Of a DNA stretch of 64,000 nucleotides, positions 1 through 12,261 are shown piece by piece. The notes under the pieces were generated by a model. That model saw only the letters and a program-made list of their open reading frames with translations, ran no database searches and was not told the origin of the DNA. The stretch spans positions 6,572,001 to 6,636,000 of the forward strand of contig CM119373.1 of NCBI GenBank assembly GCA_051294905.1. The letters are read 5' to 3'. The position numbers and the translations under genes were made by a program. The first letter of the stretch is position 1. The number at the start of each line of letters is the position of its first letter. Source of the DNA: Botryllus schlosseri. Lineage: Eukaryota.

Positions 1-1797
1 AGGAAGTATATGTGGTCGCGACTTTTAAGGCCGGAAGCGTCTCCAAGTGTTCGCTCCACCTCCCTACGGTGACGTCATTTTATAGACAGTTGAGCTGCAT
101 TTTCTCACCGTTCGAGGGGTAAATAGCGTGCGTGTGCTTCTCGTTCTTGCGATAAAGGAGATGGTGTCTTCTGGAGAGCAGTTTTTGGCAGAGATACCGA
201 TTGCATCATACAAGATGCCGGGATCAGAGATGCCCCGGATATGGTTTACATATAGCGCACAGTGCAACTTCACTAGCACAGCAATCAGGTACAGATTAGT
301 GAGACTAGCATCAATGTTTGCATTGATTTGTTAAACATCTGAAAGTAGGTATCTATAAAGAGAATAAAATGGTTATGAATTAGCCTACTCTCTGATTTTT
401 GTTCAAGAACTTTGTGTAAATTTTGTATAGGGCGCAATGCAAAAGCTACTGAAGGTAGAAAATTTCAAATTTGGCTAAACTAGCCCAATTTGTTATACAT
501 TTTTTCGAAAACTCAACCATTTCATGGCGTAGCCAGTAAAATTCTATAAAACTATTTTATTTTTTCAATAATTTTTTTTTGAAGAATCTGATAACTTCAC
601 TTCTGCATGTTGGAATTGAGCCAAATCTAGTGTGCAACCTTTCTTCGAGCCAACCTAACAATTTTGTTCATGAGACAGTGAAATTTGAAAAAAAGTTGTT
701 TTTGAACAACACTGATGTATAGAAACTTGATCAAAATTTAAAAAAAAAACATTGGCTACAGTGCCAGTACTAAATTATACGAAGTAGTGTCACGAGTAAC
801 AGCAAGACCTGGTCTTCCATTAAAAGAATCTTTTCATTCCAGAGTTAGAATGATACCAAATTTTAAATCACTGCATCATCACAAAAACCAGGTCGAAAGT
901 ACGGTACTCTTGTCCTTGTCCGGCAATAGCAGTCTTCTCAGCACTATCCTTGAAACAATCAATAACTTCCTTCTGATTGGCATGGTTCAACATAAATTTG
1001 GCTGACCGAAATTCTTGATTATCTTTTTCGATAAATGGCACAGATATCTTAATAGCTAACCGATGCCTGCAGTTGATGCATCTATTTTTAATCTTAAATC
1101 ATTTGCTATTGAAGCTGACTTGATTACGCTGTCTTGGGGCACACAAAATACCGGTGTGACATTTGATACCACCAAACAAACAAGTCAACATAGATCAAAT
1201 GTTAATTATATTTATCATTCTATCTAGCCTTATTAATTTCAGTCACCTTCCTGTCGTTTTCTGGCAATTTAGAAGTCGATGGAAAGACTATTCCGAATTG
1301 TTTTCTCATCCATTATAACAAATTGGCACGTTATACCCTGGCATTTTGCGCGGCTGCAAAACAACATAAACCTACCTAGTTGGTGTCTAAAAGTCCTGAA
1401 ACTAGCTAATAAGTCATAGAAGATAACATAAAACCCAGAACTGTACTTCATACAACCTCACTGAGACAGAAAATACGATTTGAAAACAGACCAATAACGC
1501 AAATTAACACAGGGAGCGCCTATCTAATATAGTTGTCTGGCCCCAGCGAACCACAAGTCACGTGACTTTCGAGCCCAATAGATAACTAAGGTAAACCGTG
1601 GATGCGACGCTAACGGGCGTCACGTGATTTCGCGCTCTGATGACTGTCTACGCAGCTCGATTTGTTTTGCTGGGCGCTTGTGGAGGAAGATGTTACTTTC
1701 TGCATTTGAATAGGAATATCTATCCATGAGGTTAGTTTAGCGAGTAGCTACTCCGTGTGGTTACTAACCATTGTATTGGGTTGATGCTACATAATCA

Positions 1798-2958
1798 GTG
1801 CTGGAGAGATGGGCAAGTGAATACAATTTTAAAGCCGTCAAATATGGCTATACGGTACATGAGAATTGTTGTTTTATACTCTCTACCAGAGATGAGCATG
1901 GATTAGGATTTGAAGAAACCGGATTTGTGAAATTTTGTCGGATTTGGATTGGATTAGGACATAGAAATTTCAAATCCGCTCATCTCTGCTCTCAGTCTCT
2001 ACAGGGATTCGAATAATTGTGGATATCGTTGTAAATTTTAAGACATCGCTGAGGTAGGCGAATTTGATTGGGAATCACTTCTGACTGACGATGTGATCCA
2101 AGATATGTTGTACAATGACATGGAGGACGGTGGAGGAAATGAAGCAACAGCTAGCGAAATCAGGAAAAGCACGAGAGCCATCCTTTTCGATTCTAGTCTG
2201 ACTGCTGACTTCATTCAGCAAGTCAGTAGTGCACTAACACTTTCTGAATTTGGAAAGCAGAAGATTGATGGATTTTGGCGCGAATTTGTATCGAAACCGG
2301 AATCAGCAACTGTGATACGGCATTATCCAACTGAAGCAGTTCACGCACAGGACTACTTCAATGAAAATATATCTAGAATTGAGGAGTCAAAGTTTCTTTT
2401 AGGCGCAATGAAATTTATAATAATGATGGGTTCGGTCAAAGAAGATGAAACTAAAAGGGGTTCAATTCAGCAATTTGAGAGTCTCTTGAGTACATTGCTT
2501 GGTACACTTTGAATACGGCACGAGGACCTACTGGACGTGAGCGCTTTCGTTTCGGCATTGTGAAGCTGCTGTGCAACGACCAACCGCGTGGCTCCTTTAT
2601 TTCATATATGGGGAGGAAGGCTGGGTGTTTAATGTATCCTACAGAAGAGTATATGTTTTATGTGGAACATGTTTATCTGACGTTCTGTAAAGAAGCCAAC
2701 CGTCACCCATCTTCCATCAATTTCGAAAATGCCAAAATCGCCATTTTCAGTGGGCAGTACTATGAATCTTTTATTCATAGGGTTTACAACCTGTGTGTAG
2801 AGGATGCATTTGAGTCGGATATAAGACAGCTCGTCACTTACGTAACGTCATTGATGATCCTAGTTATTTCACGCAGCGTCGCAAAGCGACTGTTTGAAAG
2901 CCTGCACGATAAAGTGACTACCGCAGCAGTTTCACTCCGCAGCCAGCTATCGCAATAG
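1798..2958 (+). pseudogene. Degenerate unidentified coding region, possibly a DNA-transposon accessory ORF
   Basis: Three consecutive + strand ORFs (1798-2016, 2093-2512, 2509-2958) broken by stops or frameshifts. The segment 'RKAGCLMYPTEEYMFYVEHVYLTF' loosely resembles C-terminal regions of P/Kolobok-associated proteins. No firm motif. Confidence 0.25.
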
Positions 2959-3368
2959 ATAGGTGATGGGAAGGTATAGCATCTATCTCACCAATTTCCA
3001 TTACAAAGTTCAACACTTGGTCAATTTCTACATTTTGAGTTGACGATAAGATGATTTTGACTTTGTATCACACTTCTTGCAACATGATACTGTGCCTACT
3101 GTTCCTTTCAAAAGATGCCGACTAGATTTTTTACGTCGTAGCACTTCCTTGCAATATAAGACTGTGCCTACCGTACTACTTCTGTCAATGAGTCCACACA
3201 TTCCAAGTCGAAATGCAATTAGTTCCAATTAAGAAATAGTAGCTAGCACTATTGATTCTCGGGCCTACTGACGCATGCCTCTTAATTGATTTGTCAGTTT
3301 CAATTTGTGTGCTTACTATTCTTTCGGTGTTCTGTATATGCCTCTTATATAGGCTACATGCTCTAGAC

Positions 3369-3383
3369 CAGTGGTTCTCAACC
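3369..3383 (+). mobile_element. Orphan hAT-type terminus
   Basis: cagtggttctcaacc preceded by ctctagac, an NTCTAGAN-like hAT target site. No partner TIR found. Confidence 0.4.
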
Positions 3384-4165
3384 TTTTTCGTCACTTCTCC
3401 GACTTGACTCAAATACAGCCGTTTCAACGCGGCATCGCTGGGGATGTATTGACTCGATTTTCTGATGACTCGAGTTGGCCAAGACCGACATTTCATTGTA
3501 ATTTTGAAGACTAGTAAAGTAATCAAATCACGCTATTGGGATTTCGTCTATCGGTAATTGGTACTTGAAATTGCGACCAGACACTGCTAAAAGTGAGGAA
3601 AATCAATGCGAATCATTCGATGTCACCAAACAGTTATAAAAAGTGGGTAACAGAGTTATAAAATGTGGGTAGTGGGTTTAACAAGACTTCAACTCGAAAC
3701 TGAACACACTTGAAAATGACTCGACTTGATGTAAAAGTGAAATTGGCTTGGTTGGTCACAACCCTGGCAATCGCCCCTTCGTTATTTTCGCCTGCTAAAT
3801 CGCCTCCTGGCTGGCGATATCGCCCGCTATCGCACTCGCTGTCAATCCCTGTCTGTATTGAAGCTTTTAAAAGGTTGACTAATTAGGTACAAGCATTGAA
3901 AACACATTTGTTATTGTCGCGATAATCACCATATATATTTCGGGATATCCACATGATAGTGGTCCCTATAATGTTGCTCATCAGAGGCGCTAAATGGCTC
4001 CGATGTAATGTCCATTGTCCAGCCTTAAGAAAACCGCGAGGCCGCCGACTTGATTGTTCACGACTGTGCGAATTTCCGCAGTCCTCTCAGGCAATCTTCG
4101 CGATGCATGATCCTCCAAAAAGGCTCCCAGTGTCGCATCATCATCCGGTTCTGTTTTGATCTTAA

Positions 4166-4287
4166 AGGGGCACTGCGCTCTAAAAATGATGTGGTCTCAA
4201 ATTGAAGGTAAAAACGAACAAAAATTTTTGGCCGCAGCCATTTCCTTCAGAACGCCACCGTAATGGAACTGCGATTTATTGAAATTT
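4166..4287 (+). mobile_element. TTAA-flanked transposon terminus (Kolobok-like), shared with 62075-62196
   Basis: Begins TTAA|AGGGGCACTGC. About 120 bp align closely with 62075-62196, which also follows a TTAA. Confidence 0.5.
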
Positions 4288-4346
4288 CTACAAGACCAGC
4301 TGCCGCGGCTGCTTAACCCGTTACATGGCACGATGTCTTCATCGTC

Positions 4347-4474
4347 GCACTTGCTCGACGCGATAAGGCAGTCACGCAGAGAACGAAACTTGGACACATT
4401 TCCTTCATAACATCGGCTGACAACTATCTAAATTTCGTTCTCTGCGTGACTGCCTAATCGCGTCGAGCAAGTGC
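4347..4474. repeat. Small foldback element (42-bp inverted repeat)
   Basis: 4347-4388 and 4433-4474 are reverse complements with one mismatch, around a 44-bp spacer. Confidence 0.85.
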
Positions 4475-4665
4475 GGCGGTCAGCAATCTGATGATAATGA
4501 GATAGTCACTGTGAATATTTCTATTGAAGCGGATACCATGAGAACTGTCGTCGAGGATTTTATAGCCGAAAATCAACACCTCAAATCCCTTCAACAATTC
4601 TCTATGACATATGATCAGCATATGCCCAACAGTTTGACCCCAATTCGTATTTTTCTAAATATGGA

Positions 4666-5445
4666 GTGCTTTTAAATCGAGCAAATTTGCTGTCAGTCTC
4701 TCCCGCGGATCTGTTGCTCGATCTCAGCAGTTTTATTAATCCTCAGAATATAGGAAGGAACGCAGTTAAGGACATCAATGACACGGACGTTGAAATACTT
4801 GAATATATTGCTGGATTCTTGTTGAGGAAGTTGTGTTACCACCCTTCAACCATTGAGTTGGACAAGCGCGTCATTATGAAGTTGAAAGGTGAAGTCAGGA
4901 AAGGATCTTTAGCCGACCAACGCAACAGAAATTTTAATGGCTCAGCTGACCGGCTATGGGGGGCTGTTGTGAAGTGCATAGAATTAGTTATGCACCTTAG
5001 ACTGGTTATGCACATAATTAGTTATGCACCTTAGACTGGATAATGAGTTTAAGGCACGATTCATGTTATTATCTGGAGTTGTCGATTTATATTCCAAGCT
5101 CATCTCTGAAGATCCACATTGGATCCCACCTTAGACTTAGTTATGCACATAATTAGTTATGCACCTTAGACTGGATAATGAGTTTAAGGCACGATTCATG
5201 TTATTTTATCTGGAGTTGTCGATTTATATTCCAAGCTCATCTCTGAAGATCCCACATTGGACGAATTTACAGTCAAATCTGTGTTTCAAAAATTGTTTTT
5301 AAAATTTATTAAAGTACGGGCTCATTCTTATTCCGTGAAATTGAGGAACGAGTTGAATAAAAAACATCTACATCGCAAGGACAAACAAGGGTCTCAGGAA
5401 GCAGTTGAAAAAAATGAACAACTGAATTTGGTATACATAAATTGA
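4666..5445 (+). pseudogene. Degenerate ORF convergent with the P-like transposase (accessory protein or C-terminus of a second transposase)
   Basis: 'LEYIAGFLLRKL' and 'FLKFIKVRAHSY' segments. Disrupted by a ~140-bp tandem duplication at ~4985-5260. Confidence 0.4.
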
Positions 5446-5493
5446 ATAGGCCTAAGTTTTGAGTGTTTTCATTATCAAATTAATAAAATTGGT

Positions 5494-8400
5494 TCAGGAA
5501 CTATGACGTTTCTTTAGCGGTTCTTCGTCATTTTTTCCGTTCAACGATGTCCCCTTCACTGACTTCTTCATTGATATAATTCGTTCGTTGTATCCGAAGC
5601 TCAACACAGACGGATTATCTGCTCCACGGCCTAGAAATTCAAGGATGCCAAGCTGCAGAAGTTTGGTCGTAGTTAATTGCATCAGCCCCACCGATTGCTC
5701 TCTGCATGCTGAAATGTCGCTCCTGACAGTCTTGCGAAATCCTTGCTAAGCAAACCCATTTATCGTTGTGTGCTGGAGGAGGTACTTAACTAAGTCTATT
5801 ATTGACGGTACCAGCATACAAATACCCTGATAAGTTAGAGAAGCAATGAAATCAGTTTTCTCGGTACAGCACGTGGATTCCTTCCAGGTATGAAAATAAT
5901 TTAAAAATTCGTGTTGCAGCCACGATAAGCGTGGGTCGCTGATGTTTGTGAACGATGCCATAGTCGGGTTCTTCTGGCTCGTTTTCCGGAAGTACTATCA
6001 CAGATGTCAAAAAAATCATTCCACATCTTTGCGTACTCGGACGTTGCTACGAAATCAGCTCTTTCCAGCTGTCTTGCAACAGATATTGAGAGAACCTGCT
6101 CAATGAAATTGAGCTCTTTCTCATTTCTGAGTTATTAATAGAGTGCTACGATTGTAATTATAAGATAACTCATACCTGTGCTGCATATTTCACTGACATT
6201 TTCGAGCGAGAATTTAAATAGATATGGGAATGCTAGACTTTGGAAGGCTGATGGAGATCACTGGACCACAAGTCTTTGTAGATAACTTCCATGAGTTTCC
6301 ACAGGATTTGCCCCAGTGTATTTTTAGCGTGGAATTTCGCGCAGTCTGAAGAATATAACCAGTATTTAAATATATAGGTTGAAGTGAAACATTCCGTGAG
6401 AATATTTACCTTAATTAAATGAGGAGGATCTGGCCATAAATAGATGAAACTATCCTGGCTGAACGGGTTTAGTACCTTATAATCGGTATCGAAGCCGTCA
6501 ATCAGGTTGGAGAAGAATTTCCGATTATTGGCAGCACCATCCGCGCATACGCATATGAGTTTGAAGCCGAATCTTTCTACAAGGAAGAGCATATCCCAAA
6601 ATACAGAGGTCAAATGATAATACTTCGCTGTTGCTGCATAAATATTAAATATTCTTTAAACACAGTGTTTTATGTCCTTTGTCGAATTACCAGTTTTAAG
6701 CGAAACATCACCTCTGAGGAAAAATGGTAGCATTTGGGAAAGTGAGCCACAAATACTTTTTATATACACTCCAAGAACATGTGTTGCCATCGTATCATCG
6801 CTTGCAAAGGTGTCTCCATAGTTGACGAATCCGATAAGTTTTCCGGAGGTACCATCATAAACAATCCTTTATTAATTTGCATTTCGTCAAAAGTAATACA
6901 TATGTATTTCTCTTCATTCGGCAATGACGACGAGAGATTTTCAAGTTTTTTTTCAATATCATCTCCAAACCTGATTTCAGGCTTTTCTGCGTACCTGGGA
7001 TAGAACAACTTTGCAAAATTAATAAATCACTATATAATTGATAGCCTTTTTGATAAAGGCACCTGAAATCTTGCAGCGTGGACTTGGACGGCAGACGTAA
7101 AACACCACGGAATTCTTCATAGGCAGCCGGAGATTTCGAATCGATGGATAGGTATAATCTAAATCAAATGTTTTCTGTAGCCGTATAATACTCTGTCAGT
7201 AACCTAATAATATCCGGGTGATAGCGTTCTCCTTTTTCTTTAACACTCAATAATTTCAGCTGTTCCTGCCAAAACAACTGCTGGTAGGGCGTGAGCTCAT
7301 GGTCTACAGTAGAGCTGGGCAACATACGGCCCGCGGGCAGCTTCCCGTCTTACATGATAATGTTGCCCGCGGCTGATTAGTCTGCCGAGATTCCCCACTA
7401 CTTGCTTACTACGTCAACTTTTAGTGACTGTATGTTAATATATTCGAGTGTGCGCAGTTAATATATTCGAGTGTGCGCAGTGTGCGAGAGTGGAGCTTAC
7501 GGGTAAGTTCGTCGAAGAGAGATAGATGACTTGCATTGTCAGCATTTACAATGTACTTAACCCCAATGTTGTTTGTGCCAATCATGGTGTTTGTCGACTG
7601 CAATGGTCATTTACACCAGGCAGCTATTTCTTATTTTTGATTCCGTAACCGCTAACTGGTAGCACTGCACAGTGCACACGTACAGGCTTTTGTGAGACAT
7701 CACTTGATAGTTATGCCAATGAGATGGCGAGGAGGAGCCTAGATAAACCTCCAACACTTGGGTAGCAATTCCAGAGTCGGACTCGAACACACAACACATT
7801 GGGTTTTGTAGCCGTGGATTATACCACTGCACTATCTTGCCACCTACTCAACCCTAATAGTTTGGTAAATTTGGGGTACTGGGCTTATCGAACAACTTAA
7901 AATCTTAATTTTTAAGGATTGCACATTGTGTTGATTGATCAGAGAGAAGCAGACATGGCGGTGCATGTATGACAGTGGTTCTCAAGCTGGGGGCGTGAAA
8001 GCATCCGAAGGGGGCGCGAAGTCACAGTTAACTGAAAAATTTGAAAAAATTTTCGCGCATCGCGCAATTTACCTTAAGCTCATGGTGTTTACTCTATCTT
8101 TTGTCCGAATTTCATATTTGAGAGCTCATGGTGTTTATACTCAATCTTTTGTCTGAATTTCATATTTGAGAATTCTTTCATCAATAGCCACAACCTTTAA
8201 TGCCATCAAACTATCCGTTGGGATGGCTAGTATTCTGATTCACGATAAGGGGGGCGTGGAATTTTCCACTATCAAAAAGGGGGGCGTGTTCAAAAAAGTT
8301 TGAGAACCACATAACAATGCTATTCTCAAATCCACATTCTTTTCGTCATTATCGCCGAGAAATCACTTTGAAATAACATTGCTTCGTTAAAATACTATCA

Positions 8401-9560
8401 TTAAATACGATTTATTCCATGTATAATGTATATGTGAATAAATGGGCAAATAATGTATTATCGATTCAGCAATCCGGCCCGCCAAGTACTTGACTTTCCT
8501 ATATCCGGCCTGCCGACTGGAAAAGTTGCCCGCCGCTGGTCTACAGATATTTGTGTCATGCAATTTTGTATTGCTGCGGCGAAATCCGGCTGGACTTAAG
8601 CAGACTTGTTTGCGATCTTTTTCTTGATCAGCGTAAGCTCTTTTTCCTTCACACTTTTTCTTCGCGTATACAAAAATAAATAGCCTACATATTCATAAAA
8701 CATCAAAAATTCCAACCTACTCTTATTTCTGATGCAACAGGGTTGCCATTAGTCGTGATTCAGAGCATCGACTTATAGGTGCTTTGTCAGCTAGAACTTC
8801 GGTTTCTCATTTCCATATTACGCTTCTTTCTTTGCTCGACATTCTTACATTGTACGCACGCATTGCTGTGCGGATCGCGTAATATCGTCGTACACTTATC
8901 TGAAAGCCTGGCCGAGCAAGTCACGACTTTGTCGGCCTCATTCAAAATATCGAACACAGTGCTCTCCCGCAAGCTCGAGTTAGTAGACACGAACTCGCCA
9001 TCACCAAATTCGTATCTTACAGACAAGCCCTCCTGTACGTCTAAAACAATTCCATTTTTTTGGTTTCTGAATTGAAACGCTAAATAAATTCGCTTTAAAC
9101 CAGTCGGGTTGTTGTAGCTTCTAAAATCCTTTTTGCACGCCATCTAAACTTTTATATCTTGATGGCACTGGTAATTCATGTTTTACTATTGGCTTTCTCG
9201 GGGGAGGTGGAGTAGTGTCGTGCGATTTTTCTGGCAAATTAATTGACGGCAAGGCGCCTGGTTTTAACTCTTTTCTTGTGATTTACGTAATGGAAATCTG
9301 TTTCTGCGAAATGACGTCCACAAATGCCAGCTTGATCCCTTTTTCCTAATTCCGTTACGACCGACTTCTCTCGATATTTACAACAAAAATGAAACAATAA
9401 ATGAAACAATAAAGTATGCCATTCCTTGTTTCGTCCAGGGTGCAGAACTACAGTCAGGATGTAAATACCAGCCGATTCTTTGCTCGATTTGCCGAGTCTC
9501 CTAGTATTACACCCGGGTAATATGCAGTGACTAGGCGCCATGGTTATACGATATAATCCA
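5494..9560 (-). mobile_element. Degenerate P-element-like (THAP + P transposase) DNA transposon
   Basis: THAP-like 'MAPSHCILPGC...ICGRHF' (~9250-9545); 'SPAAYEEFRGVLRLPSKSTL' (~7080-7140); 'CITFDEMQI', 'CADGAANNRKF', 'WPDPPHLIK' (D-x2-H); 'RISQDCQERHFSMQRAIGG' (~5690-5750). Many frameshifts; interrupted by a hAT MITE. Confidence 0.8.
7310..8538. mobile_element. Non-autonomous hAT element inserted in the P-like transposase
   Basis: Imperfect TIRs tagagctgggcaac / gttgcccgccgctg. 8-bp TSD gtctacag at 7302-7309 and 8539-8546. Contains a degenerate nested cagtggttctcaa...ttgagaaccac element (~7973-8310). Confidence 0.85.
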
Positions 9561-10577
9561 AATATGGTACACTTGATTTGAACAAAATTTTCAACCCAAA
9601 CAGAGAACACAAAAGTTTCATAACCCAAACAGAGAACACAAGTGTCCAGCTAAAACCAACGGGCGCAGGCGAACCTGGTTCGATTCTCGCCATCAGCAAT
9701 GAAGATCGAAACACCGTAACGATTGACCATTTCAACCATAGCGTTTATAAAGGCTTATGGTTCCAACATCCCCCTCATCCCCCTATATTTTGATTGTATG
9801 GCATTGTACATTAAGTATCTAGAGCAGATGGACACGTAATTAATTAAATATATCAACTACCGTAATAGTCAGCTACGGTAGTACGGTAGTTATACCTTTA
9901 CAAGGCAGTATCATAATCAACTGAATATGACATGTATGTATACAAGTTTAGGCATCGTGTCCTATATAGTTCAAGTGTTTCCCATATCTTTAATCATTAT
10001 TTGAGAGCTTATTAATAGCTTTGCGTATTAAGAATCCTATCATGGGCTATGATCCTATCCTACATTAGGCCAAAATTAGGGAAGTTGAAACCGAAACCAA
10101 CTGTTGTCAAATGTCACAATGGCAATCTCGCAGGCGGAATTCAAGCGTGATGGTATCCACAACATGCATAACAATGCTTTCAAGTGCAACAGGCCTGCTT
10201 CAATAGAGGGTAACCGTTGTCACCCAATAGAATTCCTTCAATATTACCGTCTTCAGAATCGTCAGCCAGTCAGGAATTTCGGTATAACCTGAAGTCGTGG
10301 CACGATCCCGGCCAACGGTACAACAAGATTGGTTATTGTTCGTTCCGCACTGCAAACGACTTGAACATTCAAGGACATGAATCCTCTTCTTTTACGGAAC
10401 GACTATGAGTCCTCTTCTTTTACGGAACGACTCCGCGTTATCTCCACAGGGCAGATAATGCGGATGTGGGTGCCGTCACTATCTCCAACCACCCCGGGAA
10501 ATTTTTTAATTTTATAAAATTGCGATTTAATTTTCGCGGTGTCGTTCATGGATTGCAATAAACTGAGTTATGTTTTG

Positions 10578-10892
10578 CTATAACCTTCGCCACACGCTGA
10601 ACGCTCCTACGATCCGTATGCCTAGATACGCCAGCAAGGTCCCCATCGGACAGTTCGAAATGTCCGGTGCAATGGTTAATTGCAGCAATGGGTGTCGGCC
10701 ATGATTCCTGATAACAAATGCGTCGTCCCCTTTTATTGTATCATAAATTTCAATGGTCTTCTCATAAAATCTGAATCGTTTCAAATATTCCCTATAATTC
10801 AATTCTTCAAATGGATTTTTCACGTCCCTGAGGCGTCTGCGAGGAATCGCAACAGTTTGCAGAATTTCCAGCTCTTCCATTAGCCCAGCCAT
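10578..10892 (-). pseudogene. Harbinger (HARBI1-like) transposase N-terminal fragment
   Basis: 'RRRLRDVKNPFEELNYREYLKRFRF...HPLLQLTIA' matches the N-terminal pattern of PIF/Harbinger transposases. Confidence 0.55.
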
Positions 10893-11339
10893 TTCCTTCG
10901 TTTATCAGAAAAGTGATGAATATTTCTGTTTTGCGGACGAAAACAATCGAAACTAAAGCCGTTACCTTAGCGACGGCCTTGAACAATGACGTCATTTCGA
11001 AGAAATATAATCTGGCAACCATTTTCTGGATTTTCATACAGTGAGTCGGCACTCAGTTGAGTGTGTGAGGAGGCCTCAGTTGAGTGTGTGAGGAAACTTT
11101 AGGAGCTCGAAGTTGGGTTTGAGGAACAGGTGCTACTCAGTTGAGTGACAGCAGACACTTAAGTTAAGGAAACTTCAAGATCTCCATTGTCCACCCATAG
11201 TGTGCACTGTCCAATTTTTTCCTTAATATGGATAAGCAGTTCGACGCAATGAATTCGGAATTCCATTCCAGGGATCAAAATTCAAACCTGATCGTCATCC
11301 ATTCTATTCCTCAGATGACGACCGTTTACATTGGTTCGA

Positions 11340-12261
11340 TGCGTCCGGTGCGAAATTCCTCTTCATAACGCGTTTCTTTATCGACGACTTCACGAATATA
11401 TCTACCATCCGGCTCACCAATGTACATATCAGAACGGTCCATTACGCACTGATTCCTTTTATACTTTACGTCCCTACTTAGCGACACGCATTTTTTTGCG
11501 TTTCGAGCAAGTCTGCGTTTTCGTCTCCGTGACGTCCGCTCGGGCAAGTCTGGACCTGTCTAAACCTGCTCGACCCACTCTCGTTTTAAAATTCTCTCGT
11601 TTCGGTGGGTCAAAGTATATTAACATAAATAAACAAGAATTTTCATATTGGTGAATTCCCCTAAGCTACACCATGCGCTTCTACACTTGCTAATGTTTTA
11701 AACTCTACGGTTATCTCTCGTGATCTTGGTATATCTCGACAGTCATCGTTGTTTTTCCTGTCCAGTTCGGCCATGTTTGAGTACATATAGATAGCCCGCT
11801 GTAGTAGTTCTGACTCCTCCATTTTGGCCAGTCTTTTACATGCATCCAAGGGCTCCCTTCACTATCTTGAAGTAATTGATTTGCGTCTTCTGCGCTGTCC
11901 ACTACCGATATGCTCTTTTCTAGCTTCATCTCATGTTTTCGGGACGTTGATCCATAACCAAACGACTTTTTCGTCCCTCCTTCTTGTTCTAGTATGAACA
12001 GTTCTGGCTCTTCCGTTGCCCCAATATTGTCATTCGACGATACTACTTGTAGATACGTCTCAGTAACAGTGTCTTTCGTGCATCCCGTAAGTGGCGTAGA
12101 TTTGTCCTTATCTGTCCATTCGTTTAGCCACAACATTGGTGGCCCGTTATTTCCCGTAAATTCTCCATCCGTAGATGTTTCCGAATTCGTCATGTGACCT
12201 TCCTCATTGTATGTATATTTTGTGCTTGCTTTTTTCGGCCTCGGCACGAATGCGTACGGGT
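11340..12261 (-). mobile_element. Virus-like element copy A (divergent lineage), distal part: capsid-like C-terminus, intergenic block and start of the basic ORF
   Basis: Translation aligns to copy B with 150/174 identical residues by hand (PYAF...TMTV). A 2-nt frameshift lies near 11735. 'MDRSDMYIGEPDGRYIREVVDKETRYEEEF' matches the copy B ORF at 24503. Confidence 0.9.
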
